Shown here piece after piece: positions 22,605-33,401 of a DNA stretch of 64,000 nt. How positions within the stretch are numbered: the first letter of the stretch is position 1; every line of letters begins with the position of its first letter. The notes below the pieces were generated by a model that saw only the letters and a list, made by a program, of their open reading frames with translations, searched no databases and was not told where the DNA came from. Position numbers and translations under genes: made by a program. The DNA is from a virus (lineage: Duplodnaviria > Caudoviricetes), in IMG/VR virus record IMGVR_UViG_3300003320_000853, one strand, 5' to 3'.

Positions 22605-22895
22605 ATGATGACGATCATCCCCTCCGACACCCACACCACGGTCACCTTCTCCGGGAACCTCATGGTGGACGGGCAGGGCCTCATGGGCGAGGCCGAGGCG
22701 TTCATCAAGAACGTCGAGGGTGATGTCGTGATCGACATCACGGCGGTCACCGAGCTGGGCATCCAGGGTGCATGGCTCGTCGCTTCGATGTGGAAGTCGG
22801 CGCCGCGGTGGACGATGATCACCATCCGCGCGACTCCGCGCTATGCGCCCCTCTTCAAGCTCATCCGCATCCGGGCGGATGTCCTGGCGGTGTAA
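22605..22895 (+). CDS. STAS-like (anti-sigma antagonist-like) protein
   Basis: 96 aa; VTFSGNL..VVIDITAVTELGIQGAWLV pattern; the canonical D-S-S/T-G serine appears replaced. Confidence 0.55.
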   Translation: MMTIIPSDTHTTVTFSGNLMVDGQGLMGEAEAFIKNVEGDVVIDITAVTELGIQGAWLVASMWKSAPRWTMITIRATPRYAPLFKLIRIRADVLAV

Positions 22896-23163
22896 CCTGG
22901 GGGTCGCCATGAGCGACCCCTTCGTTCTTGCTGAGACGGCCTTCCTCGACGCACAGCGCGCCCATGAGGAAGTCCCCTCGATCCCCGTCAGGATGATGCC
23001 TACGTCGGCGCTGATCGCCGAGCTGGTATCCTATCTCATGGAAGTCAGGGAACGAGATGGCATCGTCGAGCTCGGATGGGGGGACAGGCCACTGATCGCC
23101 GAGATCAAGGCGCGCCGGAACGCCGTGTGTGCCGAGATCGACGCGAGGATCCCGAGGTAGGTC

Positions 23164-24345
23164 ATGAACGCAGGACAGAAGCTCTACGAGGCGCACGGCA
23201 TCCTTCGGGAGTGCTTCGGCGACAATGGGGTATGGGCCGATCCGAGCCGGTACCGCCGGCAGTGCTGGACGCGGGACTTCGGGCTCGCCATACAGCCCCT
23301 CCTCCTCACGTTCGCGGAACGCGACTCGATGCACAGAAGAGCAGGGAACTGCGATTCGGCGGAGCAGACGATCGCCGAGCGGCACCTTTGTAGTCTCGAA
23401 GCCAGGCAGCGGCCGGACGGCCAGATCCCGATCGTCTTCCTCGACGGATGGCGCGGGCATGCCCGCTTCCTCTCCGACAAGATCGCGAGGAGCCTCCGGG
23501 ACAGGAAGCTCTCCTTCATGCTCGGGCGCTACCTCCAGGGGCAGCTCGGACAGCTCACCCCTGGGACGCGGGACAGCGAGCTCCTCTACATCGTCGCGGC
23601 TCTCGAACATGCGGAAAGAACCGGCCTGTTCCCGGTCTCCATGGATTCGATCAAGCTGGCGATGCGGTACATCAAGAGGAACCTGCTCGACTCGCGGGGC
23701 CTGCTCCTCGGCGCCGATTGGCGGGACACGATGCACCTCCAGCTCCGGGAGAAGCCGCTCCTCACGAACAATGCGCTCCTCTTTCACGCCTACGATCTCT
23801 TGTCGCGGCACGGCGACAACAAGTCGTTCTGGGAGACGCAGGCGCATCTCCAGCGCGATCTCATCAACAAGGTCTTCTGGGATGGCAGCCTCCTCCAGGA
23901 CTGGCCGAGGAACAACAACTCGAAGCAGCGGTTCGACCCCCTCGGGGCGAGTCTCGCCGTGCTCTTCGACGTCATCCCGCCCGAGCGGTACGCTGATGTG
24001 TGGAAGGGGTTCGATTCCGTGGACTCGCCCTACGGGGTGACGATCAGGTGCCGTCACAACCCGGTTCGTCCCGAGGAGGGGGCGATCATCGAGCGGACGG
24101 ATGGCCAGGTCATCTGGCCATTCGTGGTCGGCTTCGCCGCGATGGCGATGGACAAGATGGCCAAGAAGACGGGCTTGAACCCCTTCGAGGCGAGTCGGCA
24201 GCTCTACAAGCTCTACAACCTCGAAGGCTTCCGCGAATGGTACGACCCGGCGACGGGGAAGGGCTATGGGGCCCAGCGCCAGCTCTGGTCGGCGACCCTC
24301 TTCACGCGGGCCTACCTCGCGATCAATCCTGACTCCATCGGTTGA
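23164..24345 (+). CDS. Six-hairpin glycoside hydrolase (amylo-alpha-1,6-glucosidase/GH100-like)
   Basis: WTRDF, DWRD, IWPFVVGF, FREWYD..G.G...QLWSA motifs. Confidence 0.75.
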   Translation: MNAGQKLYEAHGILRECFGDNGVWADPSRYRRQCWTRDFGLAIQPLLLTFAERDSMHRRAGNCDSAEQTIAERHLCSLEARQRPDGQIPIVFLDGWRGHARFLSDKIARSLRDRKLSFMLGRYLQGQLGQLTPGTRDSELLYIVAALEHAERTGLFPVSMDSIKLAMRYIKRNLLDSRGLLLGADWRDTMHLQLREKPLLTNNALLFHAYDLLSRHGDNKSFWETQAHLQRDLINKVFWDGSLLQDWPRNNNSKQRFDPLGASLAVLFDVIPPERYADVWKGFDSVDSPYGVTIRCRHNPVRPEEGAIIERTDGQVIWPFVVGFAAMAMDKMAKKTGLNPFEASRQLYKLYNLEGFREWYDPATGKGYGAQRQLWSATLFTRAYLAINPDSIG

Positions 24346-25018
24346 CTGGTCCGGCCGTTCGATTGTAGAACGGCCATGGACACCAAGATCATCGTCCGTG
24401 GCAGCGGCCCCCTGGCTGGATTCGAAGCGCGGGTCATCGCGGCAGAGCTGGATTGCGAGTCCGACGACGGGCTGCTCCTGACACTCGACCGCGCCTACGA
24501 GCTCGGCGGGCAGTCCCACACGACTGCCGTCATCCTCCACACGAACGGTCTGCTCCTCACGGTCGTGGGCGCCTTCGACCTTCTCCACGTCCCGACGGAG
24601 CAAATGTTGCTGCTCCAGAAGCTCAACGACGAACTTCTTGGAAGGGGTTGATCAGGAACGGCCTGGACCTGTAGTAGGGGCATGAACACCACGAACATCA
24701 CCGCGGCTGACACTCTCTCGATTCAGGATTTCGCGACCCGCACGGCCGCCGTCGAGATCGTCGCCATGCGCGACAACCTCTCGATCTTCGAGGTGACCTT
24801 CCAGTCCCTCGATCTCAATGATGCCGGTTCGCGGGACAAGTTCACCCGCGAGGTTCCGGCCAAGAGTGAGGCGGAGGCCCGTGCCCTCGCCGAGGCGTGG
24901 GCAGACGGCGCCGAGGTCGTCGAGATCGAAGAGACCTCGGCTCTCAGCGCGTAACCCCAACGACCGGAAAAATGGCCCGCTGAGTTGATCGGCGGGCCCT
25001 TTGATCTGTAGAGGGGAC

Positions 25019-25333
25019 ATGAACATGACCTTCAACCCTGTGATCCTGGCCTACGTGAAGTCTGAGACCCGTGAGGGGGTCGTCCACACGATCCGCATGG
25101 GCAGGGATGGAAACGTCTACTGCTCGTGCGAGGCGTGGAAGTACCAGAGCAAGCCGGTCACGGAGCGTACCTGCAAGCACCTCCAGGCTTTCGCTCTTCA
25201 GGCGAACCTCCCCAACGTGGCGCTACTTCGCCAGATGGCAGCCATGATGGCCCCTCCGGCTCCGAAGCCGGCCCCGGTCCGCAGGGCGACGGCCACGAAG
25301 CCGAACCCCTGGACGACTCCCCTCCCCCACTGA
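25019..25333 (+). CDS. SWIM zinc-finger protein
   Basis: YCSCEAWKYQ..CKHL; class I promoter at 24985. Confidence 0.75.
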   Translation: MNMTFNPVILAYVKSETREGVVHTIRMGRDGNVYCSCEAWKYQSKPVTERTCKHLQAFALQANLPNVALLRQMAAMMAPPAPKPAPVRRATATKPNPWTTPLPH

Positions 25334-26207
25334 AAAGAAAACCCCGGGGTCTTCACCCTACCGATTTCTCGGGAAGGGGAGAGGACTACCCGGGGACAGT
25401 GGCGACTTCTACACCTGTCAACCAGGACGAATTTCCCCTCGCGACCGTCCAGGACGGTGTATATGAAGGGGGAAGGGACGATCCCGGCTGGCCGACACCC
25501 CCCATCGGTCTCCCGTGAGGGTTGTCCCTTCCCTTTTCCATCCTTGGTATCCTTCGGACATGCACCGATCGATCCTCGATTGATCCCCAGCCAGGGGCCC
25601 TTGTAGACCAGAGCATGGTCGAAGGAACCCCCGAGTCCGCGGTCCTCGCGGCACGGCTGCTCGTCTTCATCGTGTTGTTGCCCTTCAGGGGCCTCTATCT
25701 GCTCGGCGTGCTCGGTGCTCACGGATACCGCCGGCTCTTCGTGCGGCGTCCGCCTGTCCGGCAGCTCGTCGACTACAAGCTCCGCCAGCTCCCGGACAGC
25801 TTCCGGTCGGGCATCCAGTGGTCGATCACGATCGACGGCCGGGCGTACCGGATCGCGTCGGTAGACGACCTCCCCGAGGAACACCGGGAAACGATGCGCG
25901 CCAGGCTGGCGAGCCAGGCAGAGGCCATTCACCAGATTCTCGGCGTGCCCGCTCTTCCGCCCGCTCCCGCAGTCCCGGAACCGCCGAAGGACGATGGAGA
26001 CCGGCCACAGGACATCGCCGATGAGCTGAGCGCGTTGAATCCCGTGCGGGGATGGGATGATCATGTCTCGATCCCGGCCCCAAGCGATAGCTGGGGCTCA
26101 GAAGGCAGCGGCGGGGGATCTTCGGGCAATTGGTGATACCCAAGACGGTGTAGGATCATCCATGGCGTTGATTGGGCGCCAGCCTTCGCTGTAGAACCGG
26201 CAGATCC

Positions 26208-26606
26208 ATGAAGAAACACGTCACAGCCGCCGCAGCGCTCATCTGGGGTGTCGCCCCGGAAACCAGGGGCCGCATCTTGAGCGTCTCCCGGAAGAACGAC
26301 CCCGCCGACCTCGGTCTCCCTGGGGGAAAGGTCGAGCCTGGCGAGACCCCCTACGAGGCCATGGTCCGGGAGGTCTTCGAGGAGACGGGCATCCGCGTTC
26401 GCGCAGCCAAGCTCGTCTTCGAGAGACCCGACGGCCCGCATATCGTCCAGACGTTCTTCGTCACCGAGTGGGAAGGCACGCCCGGTAACACGAAGGAGAC
26501 GGGACGCGTCAAGTGGGTCGAACTGGGAGACATGCTCGCCGAGGAGTGCCGCTCCTTCCGGGAGTACAACGCCGCTCTCTTCTGCCACCTTGGCTTGGAG
26601 GTATGA
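26208..26606 (+). CDS. NUDIX hydrolase
   Basis: GGKVEPGETPYEAMVREVFEETG Nudix box. Confidence 0.92.
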   Translation: MKKHVTAAAALIWGVAPETRGRILSVSRKNDPADLGLPGGKVEPGETPYEAMVREVFEETGIRVRAAKLVFERPDGPHIVQTFFVTEWEGTPGNTKETGRVKWVELGDMLAEECRSFREYNAALFCHLGLEV

Positions 26607-27138
26607 GATGGACAGCACGCTGTTCAACGAGTTCGCCGAGAAGCCTCCTGTGGTCTTCAAGATCGAAAAGGTCCCCTCCAATTGGGAGCCACGTCCGTTG
26701 CACCAGATGATGGAGAAGCCCGATCGCCGTGGCCCCCATGGCGTGTGCAACTGCTGTGGGACGAAGATCCCGCAGCTCTCTTTCGAGGAAGCCTTCGAGA
26801 AAGCCAAGGCCGAGAGGGACGACAAGGGCGCCATGAAGCATATGAACGCCATGGCGCACGGCTACGAGGAGTGCGACCTCTGCGCTGGTGACCATCCGGG
26901 AACCCCTGGTGTCCCGGAGCCGAAGCTCGGCGAGGAGTGGGAGAGCGGATCGGGTGAACGCGTCCGCGTGATCCAGGAGTACGGCGGTAGGTACAAATCC
27001 GGCCCATACGGCGGATGGGCGATGGGCATCACCTCGGATGGGCGCCAGCTCGGGATTCGCCGTGGGAATGTCGAGAATGGTCGCTGGCGGCCCTTCTCGG
27101 GCCCGGCGTCGACGGTCAACGCAGTTCTTGGCCTGTAG

Positions 27139-28113
27139 GTGAGGACGATGATGCAGCTCTCGATTTTCAGTGGCACGGCGAATAGGCCGCTTGCCGAGCG
27201 GGTGTGTGAGGCGCTCGACGGGGTTCCCCTTGGAAGGGCCCTCGTGTCTCGGTTCTCCAATGGGGAACCCCGTGTTCAGATCGAGGAGAGCGTCCGCGAA
27301 CGGGACGTGTACATCATCCAGCCGACTTGCGCCGGCTTGGACGGATCCTCGGTGAACGACAACTTCATGCAGCTCCTTGTCATGGTCGACGCTCTCGACC
27401 GGGCTGGCGCCGGTCGCATCACGGCGGTCGTCCCCTCCTTCGGCTATGCCAGGCAGGACAGGCGCGCCGAAACGAGGACGCCGATCACGGCCAAGCTCGC
27501 CGCCGACGCCATGGCCATGGCCGGCGTGAAGCGGGTCGTGACGATCGATCTCCACGCGGAGCAGATCGAAGGCATGTTCCCCCGCGGCGTCCACGTCGAG
27601 AACATCTACGCCAGCCACGCGATGGAGGGGTACCTCCGGCGCGAGTACGAAGGCGTCATGTGTGTCTCTCCGGACGCCGGGGGCGCCAAGCGGAATCGGG
27701 CCTACGCCAAGCTCCTCAACTCGCGGACGGCGATGATCGACAAGCGCCGTGATGAGCCCGGCAAGGTCGGCGGTGCAGAGGTCGTCGGCGACGTCGACAG
27801 CAAGCGGTGCCTCATCACCGACGACATGATCGACTCGGCCGGCACCCTCGTGGCCGCGGGCCACTCCCTCATGAAGGCTGGCGCCGTGAGTGTCGACGCC
27901 GTCGCCACTCACCCGGTCTTCTCGGGGAACGCCGTAGAGAACATCGCCACCTCGCCGTTCGGCCGCATCATCGTGGCCGACACGATCCCCATCTCCGACG
28001 CGATGATGGCGACGGGCAAGATCCACATCGTGAGCGTCGGCGGCATCCTTGCCGATGCCATCCGTCGGCTTCATAACGGGGACACCCTCCACCCCTACCT
28101 CCGCCGGTCATGA
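27139..28113 (+). CDS. prs: Ribose-phosphate pyrophosphokinase
   Basis: FSNGE, FGYARQDR, DLHAEQI, VSPDAGG, IDKRR, DDMIDSAGT, THPVFSG. Confidence 0.95.
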   Translation: MRTMMQLSIFSGTANRPLAERVCEALDGVPLGRALVSRFSNGEPRVQIEESVRERDVYIIQPTCAGLDGSSVNDNFMQLLVMVDALDRAGAGRITAVVPSFGYARQDRRAETRTPITAKLAADAMAMAGVKRVVTIDLHAEQIEGMFPRGVHVENIYASHAMEGYLRREYEGVMCVSPDAGGAKRNRAYAKLLNSRTAMIDKRRDEPGKVGGAEVVGDVDSKRCLITDDMIDSAGTLVAAGHSLMKAGAVSVDAVATHPVFSGNAVENIATSPFGRIIVADTIPISDAMMATGKIHIVSVGGILADAIRRLHNGDTLHPYLRRS

Positions 28114-28701
28114 TCCAGAGACCCGTGAAAGGTCGCGCCGACACGGACGAGAAGAAGCGCGTCGTGATTGACCGCATCCTCACCGTCTGGAAGCGGAACC
28201 CCCACCTCCGGCTCGGCCAGCTCCTCGTCAACCTGACGTTGCCCAACATCGACGCCATCGACCGCCTCTTCTACATCGAGGATGAGGAGCTGGTGGCTAT
28301 CCTGGAGAAGTCTGCGTGAGCGATCCCGAGACGAACGACCTCCCCGAGTATTGGGATAACCTCCTGCCTGGGATCGACATCCCCCGTCTGTCGGAGGACA
28401 AGCTCCGGGAGTTCGTGCTCGGCGTCCTCGATGGGCGGATCTACATCGACCGCCAGGTGGGCAACCCCGAGGACGTCGGGCATGTATTCTTCCCGCTCCT
28501 CTTCGGCGCGTTCTCGGGCTACAACGAGGACAGCCTGAAGAGCTACGTCGGCTGCATCTACGAGTACATGGACCAGGCGCTCCCCCGCAGCATCAACGGG
28601 AGGCCGTGCTTCGCGTCGATGCGGATCCTCCACACGGAGGACTGGAAGCGGGCCCATGCCGCCATCGTCGCCGAGCAAGAGCGTCGCAAGAACATCCCGA
28701 T

Positions 28702-30177
28702 CTAGAGCTCATCGTCCATCAGGTGCTCGAACGCGGTGCGCCGGACGACCTTCCTCCAGATCCCCGAGGCGAAGTCTCTGAGCGGGATGGAGCGTCGCCG
28801 CTTCACCTTCCGATCCACGACGTGGACGATCTCCCTCGCGACGTCGACGGTGACGACTTCGATTTCGGTCTTGTCGGTCAGGTGCTCCCATTCATCCCCG
28901 GACACGGGCAAGACTTCCGGGACAGAAGGCGCGTCACCTTCCACGATCGACCATGCGCGATGGAGATTCATGAAATCCGCGTAGAGCATCGTGTTCCGCT
29001 GTTCGGGAATGCCATCGTCCGTGGCCGACGCCCGACGGAAGGTGACCGCTTCGCCCCCGTAGGACGTCGACGGACGGCCCGTGACCTCGACGAGATCCCC
29101 CGTCGCCCGGTTCACCCAGAGCGAGCGGGCCGTGGGGATGCCCAACGCTTCCCCGTCGACCTCGGGCGGCTCCGGCACCGGCACGGAGGGCGCCACAGGA
29201 GGGTTCCGGGGGAAGCTCGGCGGGTTCGAGGTGTACACGACGCCTGAGCGAACCGGGAGGATGTCTCCGTTGAGGTTGCGCCGTCCAAGCTCGACCTCTT
29301 CGCGGAGAGCCTCCTGCGGACCCCGGACGAGTTCGAGGAGAGCGTTGTGCGTCGAGGGTGCTGGACGGCCCGGGGCGCCCCCCAGACGGGAGACAGGGGA
29401 AGTCGAGACGCGGCCCACATCGCGAGATTGGATCGCGATCGAGTGAAGACTTTCGGGGCCTGTCACCACGTGAATCGGGACGCCTTGAAAGGCGCGAGCT
29501 CCGAGAGGCCCGCCGATGACCTCTCGCTCGTGGGTGCGATAGAAATGACCCCAGACCTGTGGGGTGACGTCGATCCTACGGATGGGGATCAGGTTCGCCT
29601 CCATGTAGGTGCGCAGCTCGATCATGGTGTCCCAGAACCATTCGTCCGTGTGGGTTCCGGGGGGCTCGGCCACCGTTCCCCACTGGTAGCTGCACTTCGA
29701 GCAGCTCCACACGTGGAACGTTCCGTTCCGGGTCACGTTCGACGTTGCTCGGTCGTCGCATGCGGGGCAGCCGTCGTTGACGATGGGCTGCGGAACCTCG
29801 GCCGCCCCCGGGTGCTCGCTCATGTCGAGCGTCGCCGAGGTCCCGATGGGCATGTGGCGGGGGCAAACCCATTCCGGGGTCGCGTCGCGATCCATCCGGA
29901 AGACTCCCGCCAGCCGGCAGCCTCGACGAGAACACCCCATTCCGTGGGTCGGCGCGGCTTGAACAAACCTCCACAAATCAATGCGGTTCGCGGGAACACG
30001 GGTTCGGTTGCCCGTCATGCTGACGAGGGTGATGACGTTGGGCGCAAGCTCGGCGACGACAGCCCGAGCGGTACGCCCGGTGAAAGGGTCGGTCGTTTCC
30101 CACAGCTCGCAGACTTGCGGATCTCCGCTAGGCACCGTGAACCTCCACCATGATCCCCCGAACAGAGTTTCCTCCAT
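28702..30177 (-). CDS. Multidomain hypothetical protein with Zn-finger Cys pairs and tag (RTAFEHLMDDEL)
   Basis: Start placed at ATG 30177 because the longer ORF overlaps the divergent gene 30253..30570; CPAC..CSKC; tag at the stop. Confidence 0.65.
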   Translation of the reverse strand: MEETLFGGSWWRFTVPSGDPQVCELWETTDPFTGRTARAVVAELAPNVITLVSMTGNRTRVPANRIDLWRFVQAAPTHGMGCSRRGCRLAGVFRMDRDATPEWVCPRHMPIGTSATLDMSEHPGAAEVPQPIVNDGCPACDDRATSNVTRNGTFHVWSCSKCSYQWGTVAEPPGTHTDEWFWDTMIELRTYMEANLIPIRRIDVTPQVWGHFYRTHEREVIGGPLGARAFQGVPIHVVTGPESLHSIAIQSRDVGRVSTSPVSRLGGAPGRPAPSTHNALLELVRGPQEALREEVELGRRNLNGDILPVRSGVVYTSNPPSFPRNPPVAPSVPVPEPPEVDGEALGIPTARSLWVNRATGDLVEVTGRPSTSYGGEAVTFRRASATDDGIPEQRNTMLYADFMNLHRAWSIVEGDAPSVPEVLPVSGDEWEHLTDKTEIEVVTVDVAREIVHVVDRKVKRRRSIPLRDFASGIWRKVVRRTAFEHLMDDEL

Positions 30178-30946
30178 CCACGTGCGCCTTGCACGATCGC
30201 GGGGTGGTGACCATGCTCGACGACTACACCGGGCCGGTGTACCAGGATCGGGATGAGCAACGACATGAAGGACAACCCGTGCGACGGGAAGGACGTGGTC
30301 ACGCTGGGGCCCGAGATCACACCGGGGGTGCATCCCTGCGTTCGCCACAATGCGAACCACGAGATCACCGTAGGGGTGCTCCACGTCGTGAAGGACGGCG
30401 ATCCCGTGCCGGAGAACGCCCTCATCCTTCAAAAGGGAGAGGGCACGACGTACCACGTCGTGGGCGAGGCGAAAGCCACCTCGCATGGCCCGGCCCAGGT
30501 GGCCACCGACACGTACCGCCGGAACTGGGAGTCCATCTTCGGGGCCCGTCAGGTCGTCGGCCAGGCTTGATCCGAGGGTCTCCTCTCCTGTAGGAGGACC
30601 GTGCCGCGACGCCTTCCCCTCATCTGCCCCTCGAATTCGAGGGGCGTCGCCGACTTCCACACGAAGCCTTGCAACGGCAAGGCGTGCTCATGGTGGAAGA
30701 AAGGCGAGAACCTCTGTGGCGCCATCGCCACGCTCGACGACTACGCTCGGTGGGAGAAGCCAGAGACTCCGCTACCTCACTGCCCCATCACGGCTTCCTG
30801 CACGTGGGACGTCCAGGAGATCGCTCAGGGCCGGCGCGGATGCGTCCCGCGCCGGCTGGGCCTCGTCTGTGAGCATCAGGCGGGAGAGCCCGGCGTGGAC
30901 CTCGACACCGCCATTTGGAACACCTTCGAGATGGCGGACCCGGACG

Positions 30947-31201
30947 ATGCCGAAGCCTGGGGATAGCTGGTTCATCTTCAAGAAGCTCGTCTTGCTCCAC
31001 ATCGAGGAACACCCGGGCGTGCGATCCGGTGATCTGATCGAGGCGTTCAACGCCGACGACAACTTGATCATGGAGTGTCTGGACGTTCTGCTCTCTCAGG
31101 GATCGATCAACTGGATCGAGGAACCGCGGATGACCTGGCGGTACTACGCCAGCCGGAGGCCGACCGCTTGGGAGGTTCTTCTCCAGGATGACGTGGTGTA
31201 G
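30947..31201 (+). CDS. Winged-helix-like protein with tag (PTAWEVLLQDDVV)
   Basis: IEEHPGVRSGDLIEAF..CLDVLLSQGSI pattern. Confidence 0.65.
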   Translation: MPKPGDSWFIFKKLVLLHIEEHPGVRSGDLIEAFNADDNLIMECLDVLLSQGSINWIEEPRMTWRYYASRRPTAWEVLLQDDVV

Positions 31202-31213
31202 GCTCCCGAGACG

Positions 31214-31483
31214 ATGCCGAAAAGGGTGACCATCCGAGATGCTGTGCTTCGCTACGTGAGATTCAACTCGGGACGCACTGCGACGGAGATCGCCAAGGAT
31301 ATCGGGAGGAACGTCGGTTCCGTCTCTTCGGTACTCAACCATCTCCGGGAGGAAGGCGAGGTCGAGTACGCACCGAAACGCGGACCCCGGGGCGGCTACA
31401 CCTACCGCATCCCGGCGGCCAAGCTCGCCCCGACATCCAACAAGACCTCGTGGGCTCATCTTCTCGACGAGGACGACCTCTGA
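31214..31483 (+). CDS. Winged-helix DNA-binding protein with tag (KTSWAHLLDEDDL)
   Basis: TATEIAKDIGRNVGSVSSVLNHLREEGEV HTH; class II motif. Confidence 0.8.
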   Translation: MPKRVTIRDAVLRYVRFNSGRTATEIAKDIGRNVGSVSSVLNHLREEGEVEYAPKRGPRGGYTYRIPAAKLAPTSNKTSWAHLLDEDDL

Positions 31484-31794
31484 TGCCTCCTCCCATCTAC
31501 AAGCCGACCATGCAGATCGTGGACTACGCCTACCTCCTCAGCCCGAGGAGGCGTTCGGTGGACGAGGCCGAGCTGGCCCGTCTCCGAGACGTCGTCCTAC
31601 GTCTTCGGATGGCGAAGAACGCGGGTGGCGAGCGGTACGACACTGCGCTCAAGAACCGCGATGCGCCCGCCCCGCTCGTCAAGATTCTGCCCGAGGGCCG
31701 CAAGCACTACATTTCCTGCCTTACCGATGAGGCTGTGCAGCGCTTGTTGCGGCCCACGGCGTGGGAGCACCTCCTCCAGGATGAGGGCCTCTGA
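31483..31794 (+). CDS. Hypothetical protein with tag (PTAWEHLLQDEGL)
   Basis: TGATG overlaps on both sides. Confidence 0.75.
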   Translation: MPPPIYKPTMQIVDYAYLLSPRRRSVDEAELARLRDVVLRLRMAKNAGGERYDTALKNRDAPAPLVKILPEGRKHYISCLTDEAVQRLLRPTAWEHLLQDEGL

Positions 31795-32072
31795 TGCCCG
31801 GCGAACGGCAGAACGCGAAGATCGTGAATTTCGGCCAGGTTTGGTCGAGACCCTTTGGGCAACACATCCCTGAAGCCGCTGTCCATCGGCTTCACGAACT
31901 TTCCGACGACTTTCACGCCCACATCCAGGACATCCGCAACGTGTTCGAGAATCCGACCCCTGGAGGGAAGGCTCTCCAGTACGAGACGTCTCATCGAATT
32001 CGGTTCAAGATCCCGCGTCCCGTCTACCCCACCGCTTGGGAGCACCTCCTCCGGGACGATGGCCTCGGTTGA
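31794..32072 (+). CDS. Hypothetical protein with tag (PTAWEHLLRDDGLG)
   Basis: TGATG overlap; tag at the stop. Confidence 0.75.
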   Translation: MPGERQNAKIVNFGQVWSRPFGQHIPEAAVHRLHELSDDFHAHIQDIRNVFENPTPGGKALQYETSHRIRFKIPRPVYPTAWEHLLRDDGLG

Positions 32073-32104
32073 CGCCGGGCCGGCTGGTGTATAGGGTGAG
32101 GGTC

Positions 32105-32212
32105 ATGAGAATCAACGCTGTCTTCTGAATCCCTGGCAAGGCTCGCGCGCCTCCCTCTGCCTTCGTTTCGCGAACGGTCATTTCCCGAACGAATCGAAGG
32201 AGAGAGTCATGA
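32105..32212 (+). promoter_or_regulatory. Candidate leader ORF/attenuator with an internal UGA
   Basis: MRINAVF-TGA (32126-32128); the frame stays open to TGA 32210-32212, which overlaps ATG 32209; 32153-32170 can pair with 32190-32206, covering the AAGGAG RBS. Confidence 0.55.
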
Positions 32213-32721
32213 AGAACATCGAGGCGCTGAAGAACGAGATCAAGGGACAGGTCGAGACCATCCGCGGCATCCGCGGGAAGATCAACGGGCTCAAGTGGAA
32301 GCCCGGTACCGAGGAGAAGGTTGCCGCCGTCAGGGCGAAGAGCCGGCCTCGGGGCAACCGCCAGGACTGCCCGTTGGGCAAGGCGGATTTGAAGGAGTTC
32401 CGCCGGCCGGAGACGGGCCCGGAGCGGTACGCCCTCTGGAACGAGAAGCGGGATGAGGGGATCACGGCCCGCTACCTCCTGCTCGCGTACGGCGCCCTCC
32501 GGGGCCGCAGCTACAAGCAGATCGAGCCCTCCTGCCGGGAGGGCAACGAGCCGGTCGCGGGCTGGATCTGGAGCAAGCTGTCCGACTTCGTTGAGCCCAA
32601 GTTGTGGTCGACGCTGACGGAGAGCTCGATCGAGGCGTGGCTCAAGGGCACGCCTCTCCCGCTTCCGCCGCGTCCCGCTCGGCCCGTGATCGCTCCGGCG
32701 GTGATGGAGGCTTCGCCGTGA
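32209..32721 (+). CDS. Basic hypothetical protein co-transcribed with Pth2
   Basis: AAGGAG RBS; RYLLLAYGALRGRSYKQIE; GTGA overlap with the next gene. Confidence 0.75.
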   Translation: MKNIEALKNEIKGQVETIRGIRGKINGLKWKPGTEEKVAAVRAKSRPRGNRQDCPLGKADLKEFRRPETGPERYALWNEKRDEGITARYLLLAYGALRGRSYKQIEPSCREGNEPVAGWIWSKLSDFVEPKLWSTLTESSIEAWLKGTPLPLPPRPARPVIAPAVMEASP

Positions 32722-33056
32722 AGAAGCTCTTCCTCGTCACGCGCCGGGACCTTCTCCCCGGCGACCAGGCGGTTCAGTCTGCGCATGCCCTCACGGAGTT
32801 CGTGATGACGCATCCGGAGATCGCCCGCGACTGGCACCGGGAGTCGAACACGCTGATCATGAAGGCTGTCCGTGACGAGGAAGAGCTGCATGAGCTCGTC
32901 CTCAAGGCTCAGGCTCGCGGGATCCGGTTCGCCGTGTTCCGCGAGCCCGACCGGGCCAACGAGTTGACGGCCATCGCGATCGAGCCGAACGGCAAGAAGC
33001 TCGTTCAGGGGATGCCCCTGGCGCTCGCTCCGAAGTCTGCACAGGAGGCAGCATGA
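32718..33056 (+). CDS. Peptidyl-tRNA hydrolase, Pth2-like
   Basis: LVTRRDL.PG.QAVQSAHA..FREPD..NELTAIAI; 112 aa. Confidence 0.82.
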   Translation: MKKLFLVTRRDLLPGDQAVQSAHALTEFVMTHPEIARDWHRESNTLIMKAVRDEEELHELVLKAQARGIRFAVFREPDRANELTAIAIEPNGKKLVQGMPLALAPKSAQEAA

Positions 33057-33397
33057 GCTTCGACCAGGACGAGATCCGGACGCCTCTCGACTTGATCCGT
33101 GACTTCGCCGAGTTCCTTCGGGAGCACGAATGGGAGGACACCACGGAGAGCTGCCCTCGTGGTTGTTGTCGGGATTGGGTGCGGAAGTGCGCCGACTGTG
33201 GGGCCGTCCACTCCGGAGAGCGCCACAGGGGCGATCCGGAGCCCCATGAGTCGCACTGTCGCTGGCAGAACCTCATGACGGAGGCCGACGCCATGCTTGC
33301 TGCGGAGGAGGCGCGTCGGGAGGCCGAGGAGGCCGAACGGGAGCGGCAGCACTCGGGCAAGACGGTCTGGGAGCATCTCGAAGAGGTGCTTCCGTAA
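33053..33397 (+). CDS. Cys/His-rich hypothetical protein with tag variant (KTVWEHLEEVLP)
   Basis: ATGA overlap; CPRGCC, CADC, HESHC. Confidence 0.7.
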   Translation: MSFDQDEIRTPLDLIRDFAEFLREHEWEDTTESCPRGCCRDWVRKCADCGAVHSGERHRGDPEPHESHCRWQNLMTEADAMLAAEEARREAEEAERERQHSGKTVWEHLEEVLP

Positions 33398-33401
33398 TCG
33401 G

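Noticed and set aside
25334-25579. Intergenic gap of about 245 nt as an ncRNA
   Set aside because: No matching promoter motif or convincing terminator found; left unexplained.
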